Assembly: GCA_965235115.1 (NCBI GenBank)
Contig: OZ249436.1
Span: 434,001 to 498,000, forward strand
Source of the DNA: Laetmonice hystrix
Taxonomy: Eukaryota
Length of the DNA: 64,000 nt
Reading direction: 5' to 3'
Below are positions 41,001-53,700 of the stretch, one piece after another (position 1 is the first letter of the stretch; the number at the start of each line of letters is the position of its first letter). Both the position numbers and the translations under genes were made by a program. The notes beneath the pieces are model-generated. The model did not search any database, was not told the origin of the DNA, and saw only the letters and a program-made list of their open reading frames with translations.

Positions 41001-44000
41001 ATCATCTACTTCCATCTAATCTGTGTCCCCTACAGACCATCTGTAAGCGTCCGACAACGTTGTCAGGTCGTCCCAATGATTGTTTGCCGTAAAGGTTTAG
41101 TTAACAATGGCAAATGACGTTGTACGCCTTTTCTATATCAGATATCCCATCCCCAAGTAACAAAGAAGGAAAGAAAGAAAGAATACACAGAGATGTTGCA
41201 GGCAGAAAACACCAGGGTGCAGCGCAGCTCCACTGAAGCGCGACGGCGGCGCTGACTGCACTGCCGCCTTCCGTCCGGCGGTGGAATCACCACGTACACC
41301 TGCCGGGCTGGCAGGCACCTGTGGCTCTTCGGCGAGAGACAGGTTAAAGCAATGATAAACGAAAAATGGGGTAGTCAAATTGAAACTACGCACCCGAAAA
41401 TTATTATTCTTAGGCCAGATGTATAACTGTCAAGCGTATAGGTCTCGTACGTTCGCTACAGATATATGGTTGTGATGTGTACACTTCCCATTTGAGTATC
41501 TTCTCCAGATTTTAACATTAGATGCTCCTGGCCTGGAACCTTTCATTGCCGCTACCTCACTGTAGTGTCTGCATGGCTACTATACGCCAGCCGGTAAGAT
41601 TTAGGGACTTCTCACTCTACTGGTTGGCCTCCCACACAACTTGGCCCACAGTGTACTGTTTGGCCTCACTGTAGTGTTCGCTTGGATGCTAGGCCAGCCA
41701 GTAATACCTTGTAGGGATTCCTGCCTATACTGTTTGGCCTCCCTGTACCGTTTGCTTGTATACAAGAGTTGCCAGTAGTATAGGGACGCCTCATGTTTCA
41801 TGTTTCCATGCCTTTATTGTCCAGGAGGCAGGCCATACGTTTCGTCTATCATCTACTTCCATCTAATCTGTGTCCCCTACAGACCATCTGTAAGCGTCCG
41901 ACAACGTTGTCAGGTCGTCCCAATGATTGTTTGCCGTAAAGGTTTAGTTAACAATGGCAAATGGCGTTGTACGCCTTTTCTATATCAGATATCCCATCCC
42001 CAAGTAACAAAGAAGGAAAGAAAGAAAGAATACACAGAGATGTTGCAGGCAGAAAACACCAGGGTGCAGCGCAGCTCCACTGAAGCGCGACGGCGGCGCT
42101 GACTGCACTGCCGCCTTCCGTCCGGCGATGGAATCACCACGTACACCTGCCGGGCTGGCAGGCACCTGTGGCTCTTAGGCGAGAGACAGGTTAAAGCAAT
42201 GATAAGCGAAAAATGGGGAAGTCAAATTGAAACTACGCACCCGAAAATTATTATTCTTAGGCCAGATGTATAACTGTCAAGCGTATAGGGCTCGCCTGGA
42301 ACCTTTCATTGCTGCTACCTCACTGTAGTGTCTGCATGGCTACAATAGGCCAGCCGGTAAGATTTAGGGACTTTTCACTCTACTGGTTGGCCTCCCACAC
42401 AACTTGCCCCACAGTGTACTGTTTGGCCTCACTGTACACTTTGGCCTCACTGTAGTGTTCGCTTGGATGCTAGGCCAGCCAGTAATACCTTGTAGGGATT
42501 CATGCCTGTACTGTTTGGCCTCCCTGTACCGTTTGCTTGTATACAAGAGTTGCCAGTAGTATAGGGACGCCTCATGTTTCATGTTTCCATGCCTTTATTG
42601 TCCAGGAGGCAGGCCATACGTTTCGTCTATCATCTACTTCCATCTAATCTGTGTCCCCTACAGACCATCTGTAAGCGTCCGACAACGTTGTCAGGTCGTC
42701 CCAATGATTGTTTGCCGTAAAGGTTTAGTTAACAATGGCAAATGGCGTTGTACGCCTTTTCTATATCAGATATCCCATCCCCAAGTAACAAAGAAGGAAA
42801 GAAAGAAAGAATACACAGAGATGTTGCAGGCAGAAAACACCAGGGTGCAGCGCAGCTCCACTGAAGCGCGACGGCGGCGCTGACTGCACTGCCGCCTTCC
42901 GTCCGGCGGTGGAATCACCACGTACACCTGCCGGGCTGGCAGGCACCTGTGGCTCTTCGGCGAGAGACAGGTTAAAGCAATGATAAACGAAAAATGGGGT
43001 AGTCAAATTGAAACTACGCACCCGAAAATTATTATTCTTAGGCCAGATGTATAACTGTCAAGCGTATAGGTCTCGTACGTTCGCTACAGATATATGGTTG
43101 TGATGTGTACACTTCCCATTTGAGTATCTTCTCCAGATTTTAACATTAGATGCTCCTGGCCTGGAACCTTTCATTGCCGCTACCTCACTGTAGTGTCTGC
43201 ATGGCTACTATACGCCAGCCGGTAAGATTTAGGGACTTCTCACTCTACTGGTTGGCCTCCCACACAACTTGCCCCACAGTGTACTGTTTGGCCTCACTGT
43301 AGTGTTCGCTTGGATGCTAGGCCAGCCAGTAATACCTTGTAGGGATTCCTGCCTATACTGTTTGGCCTCCCTGTACCGTTTGCTTGTATACAAGAGTTGC
43401 CAGTAGTATAGGGACGCCTCATGTTTCATGTTTACATGCCTTTATTGTCCAGGAGGCAGGCCATACGTTTCGTCTATCATCTACTTCCATCTAATCTGTG
43501 TCCCCTACAGACCATCTGTAAGCGTCCGACAACGTTGTCAGGTCGTCCCAATGATTGTTTGCCGTAAAGGTTTAGTTAACAATGGCAAATGGCGTTGTAC
43601 GCCTTTTCTATATCAGATATCCCATCCCCAAGTAACAAAGAAGGAAAGAAAGAAAGAATACACAGAGATGTTGCAGGCAGAAAACACCAGGGTGCAGCGC
43701 AGCTCCACTGAAGCGCGACGGCGGCGCTGACTGCACTGCCGCCTTTCGTCCGGCGATGGAATCCCCACGTACACCTGCCGGGCTGGCAGGCACCTGTGGC
43801 TCTTAGGCGAGAGACAGGTTAAAGCAATGATAAGCGAAAAATGGGGAAGTCAAATTGAAACTACGCACCCGAAAATTATTATTCTTAGGCCAGATGTATA
43901 ACTGTCAAGCGTATAGGGCTCGCCTGGAACCTTTCATTGCTGCTACCTCACTGTAGTGTCTGCATGGCTACAATAGGCCAGCCGGTAAGATTTAGGGACT

Positions 44001-44773
44001 TTTCACTCTACTGGTTGGCCTCCCACACAACTTGCCCCACAGTGTACTGTTTGGCCTCACTGTACACTTTGGCCTCACTGTAGTGTTCGCTTGGATGCTA
44101 GGCCAGCCAGTAATACCTTGTAGGGATTCATGCCTGTACTGTTTGGCCTCCCTGTACCGTTTGCTTGTATACAAGAGTTGCCAGTAGTATAGGGACGCCT
44201 CATGTTTCATGTTTCCATGCCTTTATTGTCCAGGAGGCAGGCCATACGTTTCGTCTATCATCTACTTCCATCTAATCTGTGTCCCCTACAGACCATCTGT
44301 AAGCGTCCGACAACGTTGTCAGGTCGTCCCAATGATTGTTTGCCGTAAAGGTTTAGTTAACAATGGCAAATGGCGTTGTACGCCTTTTCTATATCAGATA
44401 TCCCATCCCCAAGTATCAAAGAAGGAAAGAAAGAATGAATACACAGAGATGTTGCAGGCAGAAAACACCAGGGTGCAGCGCAGCTCCACTGAAGCGCGAC
44501 GGCGGCGCTGACTGCACTGCCGCCTTCCGTCCGGCGGTGGAATCACCACGTACACCTGCCGGGCTGGCAGGCACCTGTGGCTCTTAGGCGAGAGACAGGT
44601 TAAAGCAATGATAAACGAAAAATGGGGTAGTCAAATTGAAACTACGCACCCGAAAATTATTATTCTTAGGCCAGATGTATAACTGTCAAGCGTATAGGGC
44701 TCGCCTGGAACCTTTCATTGCCGCTACCTCACTGTAGTGTCTGCATGGCTACAATAGGCCAGCCGGTAAGATT
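35034..44773. repeat. Sub-domain enriched in shortened monomers (763/781/847 bp) with a 1628-bp dimeric period
   Basis: The 84-bp deletion junction TATAGGGCTCGCCTGG occurs at ~35740, 37405, 38186, 39814, 42290, 43917, 44698. Marker spacings 38261>39889, 39126>40754, 41601>43229 and 42364>43992 are all 1628 bp. Confidence 0.92.
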
Positions 44774-47700
44774 TAGGGACTTCTCACTCTACTGGTTGGC
44801 CTCCCACACAACTTGCCCCACAGTGTACTGTTTGGCCTCACTGTACACTTTGGCCTCACTGTAGTGTTCGCTTGGATGCTAGGCCAGCCAGTAATACCTT
44901 GTAAGGATTCCTGCCTGTACTGTTTGGCCTCCCTGTACCGTTTGCTTGTATGCAAGTGTTGCCAGTAGTATAGGGACGCCTCATGTTTCATGTTTCCATG
45001 CCTTTATTGTCCAGGAGGCAGGCCATACGTTTCGTCTATCATCTACTTCCATCTAATCTGTGTCCCCTACAGACCATCTGTAAGCGTCCGACAACGTTGT
45101 CAGGTCGTCCCAATGATTGTTTGCCGTAAAGGTTTAGTTAACAATGGCAAATGACGTTGTACGCCTTTTCTATATCAGATATCCTATCCCCAAGTAACAA
45201 AGAAAGAAAGAAAGAAAGAATACACAGAGATGTTGCAGGCAGAAAACACCAGGGTGCAGCGCAGTTCCACTGAAGCGCGACGGCGGCGCTGCCTGCACTG
45301 CCGCCTTTCGGCCAGCGGTGGAATCACCACGTACACCTGCCGGGCTGGCAGGCACCTGTGGCTCTTAGGCGATAGACAGGTTAAAGCAATGATAAGCGCA
45401 AAATGGCTACATTTTTGGTACGTCAATTTGAAACTAGGCACCCCAAAATTATTATTCTTTGGCCAGATGTATAACTGTCAAACGTATAGGTCTCGTACGT
45501 TCGCTACAGATATATGGTTGTGATGTGTACACTTCCCATTTGAGTATCTTCTCCAGATTTTAACATTAGATGCTCCTGGCCTGGAACCTTTCATTGCCGC
45601 TACCTCACTGTAGTGTCTGCATGGCTACTATACGCCAGCCGGTAAGATTTAGGGACTTCTCACTCTACTGGTTGGCCTCCCACACAACTTGCCCCACAGT
45701 GTACTGTTTGGCCTCACTGTAGTGTTCGCTTGGATGCTAGGCCAGCCAGTAATACCTTGTAGGGATTCCTGCTTGTACTGTTTGGCCTCCCTGTACCGTT
45801 TGCTTGTATACAAGAGTTGCCAGTAGTATAGGGACGCCTCATGTTTCCTGTTTCCATGCCTTTATTGTCCAGGAGGCAGGCCATACGTTTCGTCTATCAT
45901 CTACTTCCATCTAATCTGTCTCCCCTACAGACCATCTGTAAGCGTCCGACAACGTTGTCAGGTCGTCCCAATGATTGTTTGCCGTAAAGGTTTAGTTAAC
46001 AATGGCAAATGGCGTTGTACGCCTTTTCTATATCAGATATCCCATCCCCAAGTAACAAAGAAAGAAAGAAAGAAAGAATACACAGAGATGTTGCACGCAG
46101 AAAACACCAGGGTGCAGCGCAGCTCCACTGAAGCGCGACGGCGGCGCTGACTGCACTGCCGCCTTCCGTCCGGCGGTGGAATCACCACGTACACCTGCCG
46201 GGCTGGCAGGCACCTGTGGCTCTTAGGCGATAGACAGGTTAAAGCAATGATAAGCGAAAAATGGCTACATTTTTGGTACGTCAATTTCAAACTAGGCACC
46301 CCAAAATTATTATTCTTTGGCCAGATGTATAACTGTCAAACGTATAGGTCTCGTACGTTCGCTACAGATATATGGTTGTGATGTGTATACTTCTCATTTG
46401 AGTATCTTCTCCAGATTTTAACATTAGATGCTCCTGGCCTGGAACCTTTCATTGCCGCTACCTCACTGTAGTGTCTGTATGGCTACTATAGGCCAGCCGG
46501 TAAGATTTAGGGACTTCTCACTCTACTGGTTGGCCTCCCAGACAACTTGCCCCACAGTGTACTGTTTGGCCTCACTGTACACTTTGGCCTCCCTGTACCG
46601 TTTGCTTGTATGCAAGAGTTGCCAGTAGTATAGGGACGCCTCATGTTTCATGTTTCCATGCCTTTATTGTCCAGGAGGCAGGCCATACGTTTCGTCTATC
46701 ATCTACTTCCATCTAATCTGTGTCCCCTACAGACCATCTGTAAGCGTCCGACAACGTTGTCAGGTCTTCCCAATGATTGTTTGCCGTAAAGGTTTAGTTA
46801 ACAATGGCAAATGACGTTGTACGCCTTTTCTATATCAGATATCCTATCCCCAAGTAACAAAGAAAGAAAGAAAGAAAGAAAGAATACACAGAGATGTTGC
46901 ACGCAGAAAACACCAGGGTGCAGCGCAGCTCCACTGAGGCGCGACGGCGGCGCTGAATGCACTGCCGCCTTCCGGCCAGAGGTGGAATCACCACGTACAC
47001 CTGCCGGGCTGGCAGGCACCTGTGGCTCTTAGGCAGGAGACAGGTTAAAGCAATGATAAGCGAAAAATGGCTACATTTTTGGTACGTCAGATTGAAACTA
47101 CGCACCCCAAAATTATTATTCTTTGGCCAGATGTTTAACTGTCAAACGTATAGGTCTCGTACGTTCGCTACTGATATATGGTTGTGATGTGTACACTTCT
47201 CATTTGAGTATCTTCTCCAGATTTTAACATTAGATGCTCCTGGCCTGGAACCTTTCATTGCCGCTACCTCACTGTAGTGTCTGCATGGCTACTATACGCC
47301 AGCCGGTAAGATTTAGGGACTTCTCACTCTACTGGTTGTCCTCCCACACAACTTGCCCCACAGTGTACTATTTGGCCTCACTGTACACTTTGGCCTCACA
47401 GTAGTGTTCGCTTGGATGCTAGGCCAGCCAGTAATACCTTGTAGGGATTCCTGCTTGTACTGTTTGGCCTCCCTGTACCGTTTGCTTGTATACAAGAGTT
47501 GCCAGTAGTATAGGGACGCCTCATGTTTCCTGTTTCCATGCCTTTATTGTCAAGGAGGCAGGCCATACGTTTCGTCTATCATCTACTTCCATCTAATCTG
47601 TCTCCCCTACAGACCATCTGTAAGCGTCCGACAACGTTGTCAGGTCGTCCCAATGATTGTTTGCCGTAAAGGTTTAGTTAACAATGGCAAATGGCGTTGT

Positions 47701-50700
47701 ACGCCTTTTCTATATCAGATATCCCATCCCCAAGTAACAAAGAAAGAAAGAAAGAAAGAATACACAGAGATGTTGCACGCAGAAAACACCAGGGTGCAGC
47801 GCAGCTCCACTGAAGCGCGACGGCGGCGCTGACTGCACTGCCGCCTTCCGTCCGGCGGTGGAATCACCACGTACACCTGCCGGGCTGGCAGGCACCTGTA
47901 GTTCTTAGGCGAGAGACAGGTTAAAGCAATGATAAGCGAAAAATGGGGTAGTCAAATTGAAACTACGCACCCGAAAATTATTATTCTTAGGCCAGATGTA
48001 TAACTGTCAAGCGTATAGGTCTCGTACGTTCGCTACAGATATATGGTTGTGATGTGTACACTTCCCATTTGAGTATCTTCTCCAGATTTTAACATTAGAT
48101 GCTCCTCGCCTGGAACCTTTCATTGCCGCTACCTCACTGTAGTGTCTGTATGGCTACTATAGGCCAGCCGGTAAGATTTAGGAAATTCTCACTCTACATG
48201 TTGGCCTCCCAGACAACTTGCCCCACAGTGTACTGTTTGGCCTCACTGTACACTTTGGCCTCACTGTAGTGTTCGCTTGGATGCTAGGCCAGCCAGTAAT
48301 ATCTTGTAGGGATTCCTGCCTGTACTGTTTGGCCTCCCTGTACCGTTTGCTTGTATGCAAGAGTTGCCAGTAGTATAGGGACGCCTCATGTTTCATGTTT
48401 CCATGCCTTTATTGTCCAGGAGGCAGGCCATACGTTTCGTCTATCATCTACTTCCATCTAATCTGTGTCCCCTACAGACCATCTGTAAGCGTCCGACAAC
48501 GTTGTCAGGTCGTCCCAATGATTGTTTGCCGTAAAGGTTTAGTTAACAATGGCAAATGACGTTGTACGCCTTTTCTATATCAGATATCTCATCCCCAAGT
48601 ACCAAAGAAAGAAAGAAAGAAAGAAAGAAAGAATACACAGAGATGTTGCACGCAGAAAACACCAGGGTGCAGCGCAGCTCCACTGAAGCGTGACGGCGGC
48701 GCTGACTGCACTGCCGCCTTCCGTCCGGCGGTGGAATCACCACGTACACCTGCCGGGCTGGCAGGCACCTGTGGCTCTTAGGCGAGAGACAGGTTAAAGC
48801 AACGATAAGCGAAAAATGGGGTAGTCAAATTGAAACTACGCACCCCAAAATTATTATTCTTAGGCCAGATGTATAACTGTCAAGCGCATAGGTCTCGTAC
48901 GTTCGCTAGAGATATATGGTTGTGATGTGTACAATTCCCATTTGAGTATCTTCTCCAGATTTTAACATTAGATGCTCCTCGCCAGTACCTTTCATTTCCA
49001 CTACCTCAATGTAGTGTCTGCATGGCTACTATAGGCCAGCCGGTAAGATTTAGGGACTTCTCACTCTACTGGTGGCCTCCCACACTACTTGCCCTACAGT
49101 GTACTGTTTGGCCTAACTGTACACTTTGGCCTCACTGTAGTGTTCGCTTGGGTGCTAGGCCAGACAGTATACCTTGTAGGGATTCATGCCTGTACTGTTT
49201 GGCCTCCCTGTACCGTTTGCTTGTATACAAGAGTAGCCAGTAGTATAGGGACGCCTCATGTTTCCTGTTTCCATGCCTTTATTATCCAGGAGGCAGGCCA
49301 TACGTTTCGTCTATCATCTACTCCCATCTAATCTGTGTCCCCTACAGACCATCTGTAAGCGTCCGACAACGTTGTCAGGTCGTCCCAATGACTGTTTGCC
49401 GTAAGAGTTTAGTTAACAAGTGCAAATGACGTTGTACGCCTTTTCTATATCAGATATCCCATCCCCAAGTAACAAAGAAAGAAAGAATACACAGAGATGT
49501 TGCAGGCAGAAAACACCAGGGTGCAGCGCAGTTCCACTGAAGCGCGACGGCGGCGCTGAATGCACTGCCGCCTTCCGGCCAGAGGTGGAATCACCACGTA
49601 CACCTGCCGGGCTGGCAGGCACCTGTGGCTCTTAGGCAGGAGACAGGTTAAAGCAATGATAAGCGAAAAATGGCTACATTTTTGGTACGTCAGATTGAAA
49701 CTACGCACCCCAAAATTATTATTCTTTGGCCAGATGTTTAACTGTCAAACGTATAGGTCTCGTACGTTCGCTACTGATATATGGTTGTGATGTGTACACT
49801 TCTCATTTGAGTATCTTCTCCAGATTTTAACATTAGATGCTCCTCGCCTGGAACCTTTCATTGCCGCTACCTCACTGTAGTGTCTGCATGGCTACTATAC
49901 GCCAGCCGGTAAGATTTAGGGACTTCTCACTCTACTGGTTGTCCTCCCACACAACTTGCCCCACAGTGTACTATTTGGCCTCACTGTACACTTTGGCCTC
50001 ACAGTAGTGTTCGCTTGGATGCTAGGCCAGCCAGTAATACCTTGTAGGGATTCCTGCTTGTACTGTTTGGCCTCCCTGTACCGTTTGCTTGTATACAAGA
50101 GTTGCCAGTAGTATAGGGACGCCTCATGTTTCCTGTTTCCATGCCTTTATTGTCCAGGAGGCAGGCCATACGTTTCGTCTATCATCTACTTCCATCTAAT
50201 CTGTCTCCCCTACAGACCATCTGTAAGCGTCCGACAACGTTGTCAGGTCGTCCCAATGATTGTTTGCCGTAAAGGTTTAGTTAACAATGGCAAATGACGT
50301 TGTACGCCTTTTCTATATCAGATATCCTATCCCCAAGTAACAAAGAAAGAAAGAAAGAAAGAAAGAATACACAGAGATGTTGCACGCAGAAAACACCAGG
50401 GTGCAGCGCAGCTCCACTGAAGCGCGACGGCGGCGCTGACTGCACTGCCGCCTTCCGTCCGGCGGTGGAATCACCACGTACACCTGCCGGGCTGGCAGGC
50501 ACCTGTGGCTCTTAGGCGAGAGACAGGTTAAAGCAATGATAAGCGAAAAATGGGGTAGTCAAATTGAAACTACGCACCCGAAAATTATTATTCTTAGGCC
50601 AGATGTATAACTGTCAAGCGTATAGGTCTCGTACGTTCGCTACAGATATATGGTTGTGATGTGTACACTTCCCATTTGAGTATCTTCTCCAGATTTTAAC

Positions 50701-53700
50701 ATTAGATGCTCCTCGCCTGGAACCTTTCATTGCCGCTACCTCACTGTAGTGTCTGTATGGCTACTCTTGGCCAGCCGGTAAGATTTAGGGAATTCTCACT
50801 CTACATGTTGGCCTCCCAGACAACTTGCCCCACAGTGTACTGTTTGGCCTCACTGTACACTTTGGCCTCACTGTAGTGTTCGCTTGGATGCTAGGCCAGC
50901 CAGTAATACCTTGTAGGGATTCCTGCCTGTACTGTTTGGCCTCCCTGTACCGTTTGCTTGTATGCAAGAGTTGCCAGTAGTATAGGGACGCCTCATGTTT
51001 CATGTTTCCATGCCTTTATTGTCCAGGAGGCAGGCCATACGTTTCGTCTATCATCTACTTCCATCTAATCTGTGTCCCCTACAGACCATCTGTAAGCGTC
51101 CGACAACGTTGTCAGGTCGTCCCAATGATTGTTTGCCGTAAAGGTTTAGTTAACAATGGCAAATGACGTTGTACGCCTTTTCTATATCAGATATCTCATC
51201 CCCAAGTACCAAAGAAAGAAAGAAAGAAAGAAAGAATACACAGAGATGTTGCACGCAGAAAACACCAGGGTGCAGCGCAGCTCCACTGAAGCGTGACGGC
51301 GGCGCTGACTGCACTGCCGCCTTCCGTCCGGCGGTGGAATCACCACGTACACCTGCCGGGCTGGCAGGCACCTGTGGCTCTTAGGCGAGAGACAGGTTAA
51401 AGCAACGATAAGCGAAAAATGGGGTAGTCAAATTGAAACTACGCACCCCAAAATTATTATTCTTAGGCCAGATGTATAACTGTCAAGCGCATAGGTCTCG
51501 TACGTTCGCTAGAGATATATGGTTGTGATGTGTACAATTCCCATTTGAGTATCTTCTCCAGATTTTAACATTAGATGCTCCTCGCCAGTACCTTTCATTT
51601 CCACTACCTCAATGTAGTGTCTGCATGGCTACTATAGGCCAGCCGGTAAGATTTAGGGACTTCTCACTCTACTGGTGGCCTCCCACACTACTTGCCCTAC
51701 AGTGTACTGTTTGGCCTAACTGTACACTTTGGCCTCACTGTAGTGTTCGCTTGGGTGCTAGGCCAGACAGTATACCTTGTAGGGATTCATGCCTGTACTG
51801 TTTGGCCTCCCTGTACCGTTTGCTTGTATACAAGAGTAGCCAGTAGTATAGGGACGCCTCATGTTTCCTGTTTCCATGCCTTTATTATCCAGGAGGCAGG
51901 CCATACGTTTCGTCTATCATCTACTCCCATCTAATCTGTGTCCCCTACAGACCATCTGTAAGCGTCCGACAACGTTGTCAGGTCGTCCCAATGACTGTTT
52001 GCCGTAAGAGTTTAGTTAACAAGTGCAAATGACGTTGTACGCCTTTTCTATATCAGATATCCCATCCCCAAGTAACAAAGAAAGAAAGAATACACAGAGA
52101 TGTTGCAGGCAGAAAACACCAGGGTGCAGCGCAGTTCCACTGAAGCGCGACGGCGGCGCTGAATGCACTGCCGCCTTCCGGCCAGAGGTGGAATCACCAC
52201 GTACACCTGCCGGGCTGGCAGGCACCTGTGGCTCTTAGGCAGGAGACAGGTTAAAGCAATGATAAGCGAAAAATGGCTACATTTTTGGTACGTCAGATTG
52301 AAACTACGCACCCCAAAATTATTATTCTTTGGCCAGATGTTTAACTGTCAAACGTATAGGTCTCGTACGTTCGCTACTGATATATGGTTGTGATGTGTAC
52401 ACTTCTCATTTGAGTATCTTCTCCAGATTTTAACATTAGATGCTCCTCGCCTGGAACCTTTCATTGCCGCTACCTCACTGTAGTGTCTGCATGGCTACTA
52501 TACGCCAGCCGGTAAGATTTAGGGACTTCTCACTCTACTGGTTGTCCTCCCACACAACTTGCCCCACAGTGTACTATTTGGCCTCACTGTACACTTTGGC
52601 CTCACAGTAGTGTTCGCTTGGATGCTAGGCCAGCCAGTAATACCTTGTAGGGATTCCTGCTTGTACTGTTTGGCCTCCCTGTACCGTTTGCTTGTATACA
52701 AGAGTTGCCAGTAGTATAGGGACGCCTCATGTTTCCTGTTTCCATGCCTTTATTGTCCAGGAGGCAGGCCATACGTTTCGTCTATCATCTACTTCCATCT
52801 AATCTGTCTCCCCTACAGACCATCTGTAAGCGTCCGACAACGTTGTCAGGTCGTCCCAATGATTGTTTGCCGTAAAGGTTTAGTTAACAATGGCAAATGG
52901 CGTTGTACGCCTTTTCTATATCAGATATCCCATCCCCAAGTAACAAAGAAAGAAAGAAAGAAAGAATACACAGAGATGTTGCACGCAGAAAACACCAGGG
53001 TGCAGCGCAGCTCCACTGAAGCGCGACGGCGGCGCTGACTGCACTGCCGCCTTCCGTCCGGCGGTGGAATCACCACGTACACCTGCCGGGCTGGCAGGCA
53101 CCTGTGGCTCTTAGGCGATAGACAGGTTAAAGCAATGATAAGCGAAAAATGGCTACATTTTTGGTACGTCAATTTGAAACTAGGCACCCCAAAATTATTA
53201 TTCTTTGGCCAGATGTATAACTGTCAAACGTATAGGTCTCGTACGTTCGCTACAGATATATGGTTGTGATGTGTATACTTCTCATTTGAGTATCTTCTCC
53301 AGATTTTAACATTAGATGCTCCTGGCCTGGAACCTTTCATTGCCGCTACCTCACTGTAGTGTCTGCATGGCTACTATAGGCCAGCCGGTAAGATTTAGGG
53401 ACTTCTCACTCTACTGGTTGGCCTCCCAGACAACTTGCCCCACAGTGTACTGTTTGGCCTCACTGTACACTTTGGCCTCACTGTAGTGTTCGCTTGGATG
53501 CTAGGCCAGCCAGTAATATCTTGTAGGGATTCCTGCCTGTACTGTTTGGCCTCCCTGTACCGTTTGCTTGTATGCAAGAGTTGCCAGTAGTATAGGGACG
53601 CCTCATGTTTCATGTTTCCATGCCTTTATTGTCCAGGAGGCAGGCCATACGTTTCGTCTATCATCTACTTCCATCTAATCTGTGTCCCCTACAGACCATC

